Shown: positions 27,305 through 36,320 of the stretch, piece by piece | How positions within the stretch are numbered: the first letter of the stretch is position 1 | Layout of the letters: each line of letters opens with the position of its first letter | Source of the DNA: an uncultured delta proteobacterium | GTDB taxonomy: Bacteria; Desulfobacterota; Desulfobaccia; Desulfobaccales; 0-14-0-80-60-11 | NCBI GenBank assembly: GCA_963812015.1 | Contig: CAWETI010000002.1 | Span: 559,361-623,360, forward strand | Length of the DNA stretch: 64,000 bases | Direction: 5' to 3' | Notes under the pieces: model-generated | What the model was told of the DNA's origin: nothing | The model's input: only the letters and a program-made list of their open reading frames with translations | Database searches by the model: none | Program-made: the position numbers and the translations under genes

Positions 27305-28045
27305 TCACAACAGCCAGCACCCGACCAGAAGTACGGCCAGGAAAGGGATCAGGGTGAGGGACAGGGCTGGCAGGCCGGGAACGGTGATCAGTCCCAGCCC
27401 CAGGACCAGCCCGGACAAAAAACCGCCCCCGGCCCCCAGCCATACCAGGACCAGGCCCAGGCGGCGGGCCGGGCCGGGGATACGGTCATCGGGGTCCATC
27501 TGTTCGGTCCAGTCCAGGTCCCAGCGGCTCACCCGGGGCGTAAGCAAGCGGAGGAGAACGGGGCCCAGGATGAGGGCGATGACCGCGTTGTTGATGAAGA
27601 CCGCCACCGCGATGACGGAGAAGGGCAGGAGTTTAAAGATTTCCACCCCGAAGCCGATCACCAGGGCGCAGGCCCAGGCGCCCAGAACCACGGCGGCGAT
27701 AAAGCGAGGCAGGTGATTCCCCAGATCGGCCAGGGGACGGTCGCCCCAAAGTTTGTAGGTCAGGTAGGCGGCCAGGAAATTTCCCCAAAAGCCGAAGAAA
27801 CTGCCCACCCCCAAGGTGCCGAAGAAGTCGCCGATGAGATTGCCGAAGGCGGCGCCCCAGGCCCCCGCCGGGCCGAAAAGGAGGCCGAAGACCACGGGAA
27901 TGACATTGGCAGGGCGCAGTTCGGTGAGCCCCGGGATCAGGGGGATGCCTTTGAAGGGGATGAGGATGGCGGCAAAGATCCCGGCGGTGAGCACCGTCAG
28001 GACCACCATGGTGGAATAATTCCACATGCGCCAGACTTCCCGCAT
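27305..28045 (-). CDS. ECF-transporter S-component-like membrane protein (QueT-family-like by recollection) with a C-terminal hydrophobic extension
   Basis: From the ATG at 28045 it reads MREVWRMWNYSTMVVLTVLTAGIFAAILIPFKGIPLIPGLTELRPANVIPVVFGLLFGPAGAWGAAFGNLIGDFFG. The family name rests on memory of similar annotated proteins, not a search. Confidence 0.6.
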   Translation of the reverse strand: MREVWRMWNYSTMVVLTVLTAGIFAAILIPFKGIPLIPGLTELRPANVIPVVFGLLFGPAGAWGAAFGNLIGDFFGTLGVGSFFGFWGNFLAAYLTYKLWGDRPLADLGNHLPRFIAAVVLGAWACALVIGFGVEIFKLLPFSVIAVAVFINNAVIALILGPVLLRLLTPRVSRWDLDWTEQMDPDDRIPGPARRLGLVLVWLGAGGGFLSGLVLGLGLITVPGLPALSLTLIPFLAVLLVGCWLL

Positions 28046-28577
28046 CCGCTTAAGCTCCCAGAGGCCCATTCTACCGCATTGGAGCCAACGGGGCAATGAG
28101 GCCGTGGGAGGGGGCGATCCGGATTGGACCGGTTAGGGAATGTTGAGCGGGGCTTTAAAAATCGATGCGCCCGGACCCCATATAAGGAAGTCGGCACCTC
28201 CCGCAGCCGGGCCCAAACCGGATTTCCGGGGCTTGGCCAAGGGTCCCGTCAAGCCATCCCCAGGGAGAACTAGCTTGCGGGCCGGACCTTTTTTCTCTAA
28301 ACTCTCATGGTTAAAGGCAGGAGAAAGGCAAGGCAGGCAGGGCGTTGACCGAGGCCCGGCCGTTTAGGCCGCGGTTCGGAGAACTGACTTTTTACTAGTG
28401 ATGGTTATAGAGCAATCGCCGGCGGTTTATTAACAGTCACCCTTCACGCGACGCGCTCCCGGACCGGCAGCCAGGGGCCGGAGGTCAGGCCCCGGCCGGC
28501 CCTTTCCTGAGCCGCGCCAGGGCGCTTTGAAGATCCTTGCGGATATTAGTCGCAGCAATGAAAGGAGTTGGAGTATT

Positions 28578-29393
28578 ATGGCACAGCGGCGAGTCGGGGT
28601 CTACGTGGACTCCATGAATATCATGCGTTGCGGCGGCTACGGGATGCGCTATGAAGTGATTCGGCGCTTTGTCGGCCGGGATGGCGATCAAGTAATGCGC
28701 CTGAATGCCTACGTCGCCATTGACGAAGAGCGCGCCATTTCTGATCCCAATTACAAAACGACCTTGAATTTCATCCTTACCCTGCGGGATTTAGGGTTCA
28801 AAGCCATTGAGAAGCCCATCAGGTGGTACACCGATGAATCCGGCCGGACCTACGGCAAGGCCAACCTGGACATGGAAATGGGCCTGGACATCGTCGCCCA
28901 ATCCGACCGGTTGGACCTGATCTATCTGCTAACCGGTGACGGCGATTTCTGCAGCGTGGTCACCATGGCGCAGAACAAGGGTTGCCGGGTGGAACTGATA
29001 GCCTTTGCTAATGTGTCGGGGCGGCTGCGCCGGGAGGTGGACCTGTTCGTACCCGGCTACCTGGTGCCGGGGCTGTTGCCCACCACCCCGCCCTTTGCCG
29101 GGGCTCCGGCCTGGGGGGAAGTGGGCAGCCGGGTCCGGGGGGTGTGCACCAAATACTTTTTGGACCGCTCCTACGGGTTTTTCCGGTTCATGCACAGCTT
29201 CGGCAAGGTCTGGATCACCGACACTCGTCTGGAGGAATCCCCCTATACTTCGGTGTTTTTCATGGAAAAGGACCTGCCGTCGGGGGTGCATCCCGAGAAC
29301 CTGCCCAGCCGGGATTACATCTTCGAGTTCACCCTGAGTGAGGGGGATAAAGGGTTTGTGGCCGCGGATATCGATTTGAATTATAAGTATTAG
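28578..29393 (+). CDS. NYN/LabA-like ribonuclease-domain protein with a C-terminal cold-shock/S1-like domain
   Basis: The NYN part reads VGVYVDSMNI..KANLDMEMGLDIV..LLTGDGDFCSVV..GCRVELIAF. The C-terminal part reads RGVCTKYFLDRSYGFFRF..SVFFMEKDL..DYIFEFTLSEGDKGFVAADIDL. An AAAGGAG Shine-Dalgarno sequence is present. Confidence 0.8.
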   Translation: MAQRRVGVYVDSMNIMRCGGYGMRYEVIRRFVGRDGDQVMRLNAYVAIDEERAISDPNYKTTLNFILTLRDLGFKAIEKPIRWYTDESGRTYGKANLDMEMGLDIVAQSDRLDLIYLLTGDGDFCSVVTMAQNKGCRVELIAFANVSGRLRREVDLFVPGYLVPGLLPTTPPFAGAPAWGEVGSRVRGVCTKYFLDRSYGFFRFMHSFGKVWITDTRLEESPYTSVFFMEKDLPSGVHPENLPSRDYIFEFTLSEGDKGFVAADIDLNYKY

Positions 29394-29397
29394 CCAG

Positions 29398-29545
29398 CAG
29401 CTTTCAGCGGTCGGTTTTCAGCTAAAAGAAAAAACCAAAAGTCGGCCTTTTCCATGGTACTAGAAATGACTATGGATTTCATGGTCGCTGTAGGCTTTCA
29501 ACTGGACCGGCAGAGTTTTTGGCTGACCGCTGATAGCTGAAAGCT
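29398..29545. repeat. MITE-like unit bounded by inverted family B motifs
   Basis: The left end is agctttcagcggtcgg. The right end is ggctgaccgctgatagctgaaagct (reverse complement agctttcagctatcagcggtc). It lies between the NYN gene and glgA. Confidence 0.45.
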
Positions 29546-29569
29546 CAAAGCTTCAACAAAGGAGAGCCC

Positions 29570-31024
29570 ATGGGCCAGAAACTGCGCGTGCTGTTTGTTG
29601 CTTCGGAAGGGGTGCCCTTTGCCAAGACCGGCGGTCTGGCCGATGTGGTGGGCACCCTGCCCCAGGCCCTGGAGGAACACGGGGTCGAAATCAAGGTCCT
29701 TATGCCCTATTACGGCATGGTGAAGCAGGGGAAGGTGCCCACCACGCTCATCGCCGAGGACCTGGAGGTGAACCTGGGGCTGATCAACCACACCTTCAAT
29801 CTCATGGCCCCCGCCACCCCGGGTTCCCCGTTCTATTTCGTGGAGCGGGACGAGTTTTACGAACGGAGCCAGCTCTACGGCACCCCCCGGGGGGATTACT
29901 TCGACAACCTGGAGCGCTTCGCCTTTTTCAGCGGCGCGGTTCTGCCTTTTTGCCGGGCCTTGGACTTTGCCCCCGACCTGATTCACTGCCACGACTGGCA
30001 GAGCGCTCTGGCGCCGGTGTACCTCCGCCAGCGCTGGGGCGGCGAGGACATCCTGGCCGGGGCCAAGACGGTGTTCACCATCCACAACCTGGCCTACCAG
30101 GGCCTTTTTCCCAAAGAGAAGTACCCCCTGCTGGGTTTGGACTGGTCTTATTACTCCATCGACGGCCTGGAGTACTACGACCAGATCAACCTGCTCAAAG
30201 GCGGCATCATCTGCGCCGACGCAGTCACCACGGTGAGCCCGCGCTACAGCGTCGAGATTCAGACCCCGGAGTTCGGCTACGGCCTGGAGGGAGTGCTGGG
30301 CACCCGGGCGGAGAATCTGCACGGCATCCTGAACGGCGTGGATTATCAGGACTGGAGCCCCGAGACCGACTCCCTGATCCCGGCCAAATTCGGCCGGAAG
30401 GATTTGAAGGGTAAGGCTGCGGACAAGGCGGCCCTGATGGAGGCCTTCGGGCTGTCCAAGGACCTGGCCGACGCCCCCATCCTGGCCATCATCTCCCGGC
30501 TGGCGGACCAGAAGGGCTTTGACCTGGTGGAGCAGGTCTTGCCCCAGCTCATGAAACAGAGACTGATGGTGGTCATCCTGGGCACCGGGGAGGAGAAATA
30601 CCACCGCTGGCTGGAGGCCGAGGCCCCCAAATACCAGGGCAAGCTGGGAGTGAAGATCGCCTTTGACAACAAGCTGGCCCACCTCATGGAAGCCGGGGCC
30701 GATATGTTCCTCATGCCGTCCCGCTACGAACCCTGCGGCCTGAACCAAATCTACTCCATGAAGTACGGCACCATCCCCATCGTCCGGGCCACCGGCGGCC
30801 TGGCTGACACGGTGACCGCGGTGGGGGACCCCAAGACGCCGGGCACCGGCTTCGTGTTCACCGACTATACCCCCGAGGCCTTCCTCAAGGCCATCCATAC
30901 CGCCCTGGACGCCTTCGCCAATAAGGACTTGTGGCAGCGCATCATGATCCACGCCATGGGCCAGGACTTCTCCTGGAAGGTGTCAGCCCGGGCGTACCTG
31001 GAACTGTATAAGAGTTTGATGTGA
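29570..31024 (+). CDS. glgA: Glycogen synthase (ADP-glucose type)
   Basis: 484 aa. It has VLFVASEGVPFAKTGGLADVVG, HCHDWQSA and PSRYEPCGLNQIYSMKYGTIP. Confidence 0.95.
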   Translation: MGQKLRVLFVASEGVPFAKTGGLADVVGTLPQALEEHGVEIKVLMPYYGMVKQGKVPTTLIAEDLEVNLGLINHTFNLMAPATPGSPFYFVERDEFYERSQLYGTPRGDYFDNLERFAFFSGAVLPFCRALDFAPDLIHCHDWQSALAPVYLRQRWGGEDILAGAKTVFTIHNLAYQGLFPKEKYPLLGLDWSYYSIDGLEYYDQINLLKGGIICADAVTTVSPRYSVEIQTPEFGYGLEGVLGTRAENLHGILNGVDYQDWSPETDSLIPAKFGRKDLKGKAADKAALMEAFGLSKDLADAPILAIISRLADQKGFDLVEQVLPQLMKQRLMVVILGTGEEKYHRWLEAEAPKYQGKLGVKIAFDNKLAHLMEAGADMFLMPSRYEPCGLNQIYSMKYGTIPIVRATGGLADTVTAVGDPKTPGTGFVFTDYTPEAFLKAIHTALDAFANKDLWQRIMIHAMGQDFSWKVSARAYLELYKSLM

Positions 31025-31032
31025 TGAGCTGG

Positions 31033-31212
31033 GGAAGGGGGGCAGGGGCTTTTTTGTAAGTGGCCCCTGCCGCCCTTCCCCAGGCCCCATCCCCCAACCC
31101 CCATAAGTAGGGGCGACCCGCCGGGTCGCCCCTTTTTTTCTTATGTGATTGGGGGTGGAGGTTTGGAGGAGGGGGAAAGGGCACTTACGAAAAAGCCCCT
31201 GGCCCCCCAAAA
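31033..31212. repeat. ~180-bp composite palindromic (MITE-like) element with long imperfect terminal inverted repeats around a central terminator hairpin
   Basis: The left arm ggggggcaggggcttttttgtaagtggccc..ccaacccccataag matches the reverse complement of the right arm, ggggggccaggggctttttcgtaagtgccc..ccacccccaatcacataag. Confidence 0.6.
31109..31140 (+). terminator. Rho-independent terminator for glgA (family C hairpin plus T-run)
   Basis: aggggcgacccg-c-cgggtcgcccct is followed by TTTTTTT. Confidence 0.7.
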
Positions 31213-31223
31213 AAACACGCCTC

Positions 31224-31252
31224 GTAGGGGCGGGTTTCAAACCCGCCCCTAC
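31224..31252 (-). terminator. Hairpin just downstream of the copA stop (candidate terminator)
   Basis: gtaggggcggg-tttcaaa-cccgcccctac has 11-bp perfect arms. On the minus strand a T-run follows after 8 nt. Confidence 0.45.
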
Positions 31253-31255
31253 ATA

Positions 31256-33484
31256 TCACCCCTTGAAGCGCCGCAGGCGCAAAGAATTGGTCACGACGGA
31301 CACTGAGCTCATGGCCATGGCCGCGGCGGCCAGGGCCGGGTTGAGGGTCCAGCCCCAGAGGGGGTAGAAGGCCCCGGCGGCCACGGGGATGGCCACGATA
31401 TTGTAGCAAAAGGCCCAGAAGAGGTTCTGGCGGATGATGCGCATCATCTGCCGGGAGAGTTGGATGGCCTGGGGGATGAGGTCCAGGTCGTCCCGGATGA
31501 GGGTCAAGTCCGCGGCCTCCAGGGCCACGTCGGCCCCGGTGCCCAGGGCGATGCCGACGTCGGCCTGGGCCAGGGCCGGGGCGTCGTTGATGCCGTCTCC
31601 CACCATGGCCACCACTTCACCATTGGCCTGGAGTTCCGCCACTTTTTTGGCCTTATCGCCGGGGAGGACTTCGGCCAGCACGTCCTCGATGCCGATGCTG
31701 CCGGCCACCGCCATGGCGGTCATTTTATTATCGCCGCTCAAGAGGAGGATTTTCAGGCCCATGGCCTTCAAGGCGGCCACGGTCTGGGCGGCCCGGGGTT
31801 TGAGGGTATCGGCCGCGGCGATCACCCCCACGGGTTTACCGGCCACGGCCAGGAAGATGGCGGTCTTGCCCTCCCGGGACAGTTGGGCCTGGTGGGCGGC
31901 GAGGGGTTCGGCGGCGACCCCCTGTTGGGCGAGAAAGGCCAGGTTCCCCAGGAGCACTGCCTGGCCGTCGATCCTGGCCTCCACGCCCAGGCCCGGCACG
32001 GCCTGGAAGTCATGCACCTGGGGCAGGGCCAAATGTTGGGCTTGAGCGGCTCGGGTGACGGCTTCGGCCAGGGGGTGCTCGGATTTCTCCTCCAGGGCTG
32101 CGGCATGGGCCAGGACCGCCTCGGCGCTCCAGTGTTCCCAGGTATGGACGTCCGTTACCTGGGGGGCGCCCCGGGTGAGGGTGCCGGTTTTGTCAAAAAC
32201 CACGGTGGTGAGGCGGTAGGCCCGCTCCAGGGGTTCGCCGCCCCGCATGAGGATGCCGAGCTCGGCGCCCCGGCCCGACCCCACCATGACCGCGGTGGGG
32301 GTGGCCAGGCCCATGGCGCAGGGGCAGGCGATGATGAGCACCGCCACCATGCTGATGACGGCCCGGCTAAAGGTGGGCGGCGGCCCCCAATTGAGCCAGG
32401 CCAGGAAGGTTACTGCGGCCAGGCCCATGACCACCGGCACGAAGATGGACGCCACTTTATCCACCAGGCGCTCGATGGGGGCTTTGCCGGTTTGGGCCTC
32501 TTCCACCAGGCGGATGATCTGGGAGAGCACCATGTCCTGGCCCACCCGGGTGGCCTTGAAGACCAGAAAGCCGCGTTGGTTCAAGGTGGCCCCCCAGACT
32601 TCGGCCCCCGGTTCCTTGGGCACGGGCATGCTTTCGCCGGTGAGCATGGACTCGTCGACGCTGCTCACGCCCTCGGCCACGACGCCGTCCACGGGGATCT
32701 TTTCCCCCGGCCGCACCACCACCAGGTCGCCCACCAGGACTTCCGCCAAGGGGATTTCCTGCTCCTTATCGTCCCGGCGCACCCGGGCGGTGGGGGGGGC
32801 CAGGGCGAAAAGGCGGCGCAGGGCCTCGGAGGCCCGGCCCCGGGTGCGGGCTTCCAGCCAGCGGCCCAGGAGGATGAAGGTAATGATCATCACCGCGGTG
32901 TCGTAGTACACCGCCGGGGCATGGCCGGCCGCGGCCACGGTATCCGGGAAGAAGGTGACCCAGGCGGAGTAGAAATAGGCGGCGGAGGTCCCCAGGGCCA
33001 CCAGGGTGTCCATGTTGGTGGACAGGTGTCGGGCGGCGTTCGCGGCCCCGGTAAAGAAGGAGGCGCCGGAGTAAAACATCACCGGGGTGGCGAAGACGAG
33101 CAGGATGAAGGCCAGGGCGCGGTGGCTGAGGCCGATGGCATGGGTGACCGGGGGAATCATCAAGAGCCAGACCGGCAGGCTCAATGCCAGGGCCAGGAGG
33201 AAACGCCGGCGAAATTCCCGGACCTCGGCCTCCGGGGAGCGGGGGGCCCGCTGCTCCTTGGAGGAGGCTTCAACGATGTAGCCCGCATCGATGACCACCT
33301 GGGCCAGGGCCTCGGGGTTGGTAAGGCCAGGATTATATTTGACCTTGGCCTGGCGGGTGGCCAGGTTGACCGTGGCCAGTTCCACCCCGGGGGCGGCCGT
33401 CAGGGCCCGTTCCACCCGGGCCACGCAGGCGGCGCAGTGCATGTCCCCCACGGAGAGAATGATTTTTTCGGTCTGGGCGGAAAT
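31256..33484 (-). CDS. copA: Copper-translocating P1B-type ATPase. Start uncertain (proposed ATT at 33484; the ORF track starts at GTG 33451, inside the HMA fold).
   Basis: It has the HMA motif GDMHCAACV, the CPC motif [11 protein letters not shown], the phosphorylation site FDKTGTLT, and [14 protein letters not shown]. Confidence 0.9.
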   Translation of the reverse strand: MSAQTEKIILSVGDMHCAACVARVERALTAAPGVELATVNLATRQAKVKYNPGLTNPEALAQVVIDAGYIVEASSKEQRAPRSPEAEVREFRRRFLLALALSLPVWLLMIPPVTHAIGLSHRALAFILLVFATPVMFYSGASFFTGAANAARHLSTNMDTLVALGTSAAYFYSAWVTFFPDTVAAAGHAPAVYYDTAVMIITFILLGRWLEARTRGRASEALRRLFALAPPTARVRRDDKEQEIPLAEVLVGDLVVVRPGEKIPVDGVVAEGVSSVDESMLTGESMPVPKEPGAEVWGATLNQRGFLVFKATRVGQDMVLSQIIRLVEEAQTGKAPIERLVDKVASIFVPVVMGLAAVTFLAWLNWGPPPTFSRAVISMVAVLIIACPCAMGLATPTAVMVGSGRGAELGILMRGGEPLERAYRLTTVVFDKTGTLTRGAPQVTDVHTWEHWSAEAVLAHAAALEEKSEHPLAEAVTRAAQAQHLALPQVHDFQAVPGLGVEARIDGQAVLLGNLAFLAQQGVAAEPLAAHQAQLSREGKTAIFLAVAGKPVGVIAAADTLKPRAAQTVAALKAMGLKILLLSGDNKMTAMAVAGSIGIEDVLAEVLPGDKAKKVAELQANGEVVAMVGDGINDAPALAQADVGIALGTGADVALEAADLTLIRDDLDLIPQAIQLSRQMMRIIRQNLFWAFCYNIVAIPVAAGAFYPLWGWTLNPALAAAAMAMSSVSVVTNSLRLRRFKG

Positions 33485-33747
33485 TGTCTTGATCTCCTCG
33501 GGTGCAGATTAGGCCTAGGTTATCCCCAGATGAACCAGATATTCCTTCATTATAGATAAATACGCCAAAGGGAAAAGGCAAGTGATCCGAAAGGATGACA
33601 AATTGCCGATACCCGGTTGGGGCTGTGGCGCCGTTCCGGCCACCTGGGAACCATCAAAAGATAGCCACCGAAAATTGCCGCATCGGGTCCGAGTCGTCAG
33701 GTCTTTCCCGTCTTGCTACCGGCCGCGGGAATTGATACTATACCCCC

Positions 33748-35211
33748 ATGGGAAAGAGCTTAACACCGCGCTGGGGACGAAAGGTCAGCTACGTCTTCTG
33801 GGGCGCGGCAGGGATAGGTCTGTTGGCTGTCCTGGTGTGGCTGGCGGTGGGGCACCTGGACTTTGACGACCCCACGGTGGCGCTGAAGACCCCGGTGGAG
33901 GTGGTGGGGGCGAAAACCGCCCTGACGGTGGAGGCCGGAGACCAGGACAGCGGCTTAAGAGAGGTCAAGGTCAGCTTGTCCCAGGGAGACCAGGGCAAGG
34001 TGGTGCTGGAGCGCACCTTTCCTCCGGGAGGGGGCCGGGGTGAGATCGTGGAGATCCCGGTGACCCTGGAGCCCAAGGCGTTAGGGTTTAAAGAGGGCAA
34101 AGCCATCCTCACCGTCGAGGCCCGGGACCGTTCCTGGCGGAACATGTTTCGGGGGCGCACCGCGAGCCTTACTCGGGAGGTGGTCATCGACCTGGTGCCC
34201 GTCACCTTGACCTACCAGGGGGTGAGCCATCTCCTCCATGCCGGGGGCACCGGGACCATCTGCTACCGCCTCAACAAAGAGGTCAAGGAGTCGGGGATTC
34301 TGGTGGGAGACCGGTTTTACCAGGGTTTTCCCAACCCCAAGGGGACCAAGGGGGATTACGTGGTGTTGTTCCCCGTGCCCCAGGAAGGACCGACGGGGTT
34401 CCGGGTGGATCTGGTGGCCCGACCGCCTCTGGGCACTGAAGTAAAGCAGGTGGTGTCCCTGCATGCCAAGCCGCGGCGGTGGCGCCACGATAGCATCAGC
34501 CTCTCGGACGGGTTTCTGCGCAAGGTGGCTTCCAGCTTTCCGGCGGCCAACCCCAACGACCTCCTGGGGACCTACCTGGAGGTCAACCGGAAGGTAAGGG
34601 GCCAGAATCACGAGTTGTTCCGGAAAGTCAGTTCCCAGAGCAGCCCGCAACCTTTGTGGGCCGGGGCCTTCCAGCGGTTTTTCGGCAAGCCCATGGCCCG
34701 CTTCGGGGACCGGCGCACCTACCTGTACCAGGGCAAAGCCGTGGACCAGCAGACGCACCTGGGCGAGGACCTGGCCTCCCTGATTAACAGCCAGGTGTAC
34801 GCCGGCAATAACGGGGTGGTGGTCCTGGCTGAGCCCCTGGGGATTTACGGCCAGACGGTAATCCTGGATCATGGCCTGGGGGTCTTCTCCAGCTACAGCC
34901 ACCTGAGCCAGATTGACGCCAAAGTGGGAGACAAAGTGGCCAAGGGCGCGGTCCTGGGCCGCACCGGCACCACGGGCCTGGCGGTGGGCGACCATCTCCA
35001 TTTCGCCATCAACCTCCAGGGCGAATTTGTTGACCCCCTGGAATGGTGGGACCCTCACTGGCTCAAGGACCAGGTGGAAAAGGTTTGGGCCCAGGCCGGG
35101 GCCCCGGCGGCTGCGGCTGCGAGTCCCGACAAACCCACATCGGAGCAGGGCAAGAAAAAGCCCGGCAAGGCAAGAGGCAAGGCCGCCAAAGGCAAAAAGC
35201 CGCACAACTAA
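33748..35211 (+). CDS. M23/LytM-family metallopeptidase with an N-terminal membrane anchor and a Lys-rich C-terminal tail
   Basis: It has HLGEDLAS, ILDHGLGVFSSYSHLS and GRTGTTGLAVGDHLHFAI. The tail reads GKKKPGKARGKAAKGKKPHN. Confidence 0.85.
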   Translation: MGKSLTPRWGRKVSYVFWGAAGIGLLAVLVWLAVGHLDFDDPTVALKTPVEVVGAKTALTVEAGDQDSGLREVKVSLSQGDQGKVVLERTFPPGGGRGEIVEIPVTLEPKALGFKEGKAILTVEARDRSWRNMFRGRTASLTREVVIDLVPVTLTYQGVSHLLHAGGTGTICYRLNKEVKESGILVGDRFYQGFPNPKGTKGDYVVLFPVPQEGPTGFRVDLVARPPLGTEVKQVVSLHAKPRRWRHDSISLSDGFLRKVASSFPAANPNDLLGTYLEVNRKVRGQNHELFRKVSSQSSPQPLWAGAFQRFFGKPMARFGDRRTYLYQGKAVDQQTHLGEDLASLINSQVYAGNNGVVVLAEPLGIYGQTVILDHGLGVFSSYSHLSQIDAKVGDKVAKGAVLGRTGTTGLAVGDHLHFAINLQGEFVDPLEWWDPHWLKDQVEKVWAQAGAPAAAAASPDKPTSEQGKKKPGKARGKAAKGKKPHN

Positions 35212-35493
35212 GGACCTGACTCAATCAGGGCCCCAGGACCGCGGGGGAGACGCACGGAGCATCCCGGGAGTCCTGGGGCCTTGCCGGTTATCTGGCCAGA
35301 AGGCCCCGTTGGGACTCCAAACGCCATGAAAAGGTGGTAAGCGGATCAGGATGGCCGCTCTGGGTGGGCAAGGCGCACCCGGAGAAAACTCCCCTGGCTG
35401 CAATCATGTTGACCGGGCCGTGATGGAACACGGCCCTCGGTGCGTCAGGGGCATTGCGCCCCTGCCGGCGTAACGATCTGCGAGAAGCTCGTC

Positions 35494-36102
35494 ATGATTA
35501 TCAAGATCAATCCCGATAACCCCCAGGAGCGCCTGCTGCACAAGGCCGTGGAAGTGCTCACCGGGGGCGGTCTCATCGCCTATCCCACCGACACCTGCTA
35601 CGCCATCGGCTGCGACCTGTATAACCTCAAGGGTATCAGCCGGATATACCACCTCAAGCGCCAGCCCTTGAGCAAACCCTTCAGCATCATCTGCCAGGAT
35701 TTAAAGAACATCAGCGAATACGCCCGGGTGGGCAATTACGCCTACAAAGCCATGAAGCGCCTCTTACCCGGCCCCTACACCTTCGTGCTACAGGCCTCCC
35801 GGCAGGTGCCCAAGATCCTCCAGACCAAGCGGCGCACCGTGGGCATCCGGGTCCCGGACCACCCCATCGCCCTGGGGTTGGTGGGTCTGTTAGGGCACCC
35901 CATCATCACCACCACCGCGGCCCTGCCGGATTCCCCGGTGGAGAGCGACCCCTACGAGATCGAGGACAAGTTCAAGCCGCACCTGGGCCTGGTCATCGAT
36001 GGCGGCATCATCTTGCCGGAGCCGTCCAGCATCATTGCGATGATCGACGACGTGCCCGAGGTCATCCGGGTGGGGAAGGGGGACGTGAGCGGGTTTGCGT
36101 GA
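35494..36102 (+). CDS. tsaC: L-threonylcarbamoyladenylate synthase (YrdC/TsaC family)
   Basis: It has GGLIAYPTDTCYAIGCD, KPFSIIC, LLPGPYTFVL, TVGIRVPDHP and SSII. The start is taken at the ATG at 35494. Confidence 0.85.
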   Translation: MIIKINPDNPQERLLHKAVEVLTGGGLIAYPTDTCYAIGCDLYNLKGISRIYHLKRQPLSKPFSIICQDLKNISEYARVGNYAYKAMKRLLPGPYTFVLQASRQVPKILQTKRRTVGIRVPDHPIALGLVGLLGHPIITTTAALPDSPVESDPYEIEDKFKPHLGLVIDGGIILPEPSSIIAMIDDVPEVIRVGKGDVSGFA

Positions 36103-36320
36103 AACGAGAGGGGTCAAAGGGAGAAGAGATGATGACTCCCATTTCCCCTTATTTCCGGTAAATTCCTGCCGTCTCAAAATGTCCAGAAAATTCATCCTCG
36201 GCCCCCTGCGGCCAAGTTTTCCCCTTCGCCAGGTATGCTCTCATGGGTCTGCCCCAGGCAGGTCCCTGAGACAACTTGGCTATGCGGTTAAAAATTTTTC
36301 ATGAAATCTCTCCGCCAAGT

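Noticed and set aside
28046-28577. A possible preQ1 riboswitch or other structured RNA in the ~480-530 nt spacer upstream of the QueT-like gene, shared divergently with the NYN gene.
   Set aside because: I read the minus-strand leader and found no preQ1-I-like element (short stem, conserved loop, A-rich tail ending near the ribosome-binding site). I cannot evaluate class II or III models by eye. A covariance-model scan (Rfam) would be needed, so no claim is made.
33485-33560. A MerR/CueR-type promoter with a long spacer upstream of copA (TTGCCT ... TATAAT on the minus strand around 33540-33575).
   Set aside because: The spacer I count is about 21 nt, and I see no convincing dyad operator between the hexamers. 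It is too weak to call.
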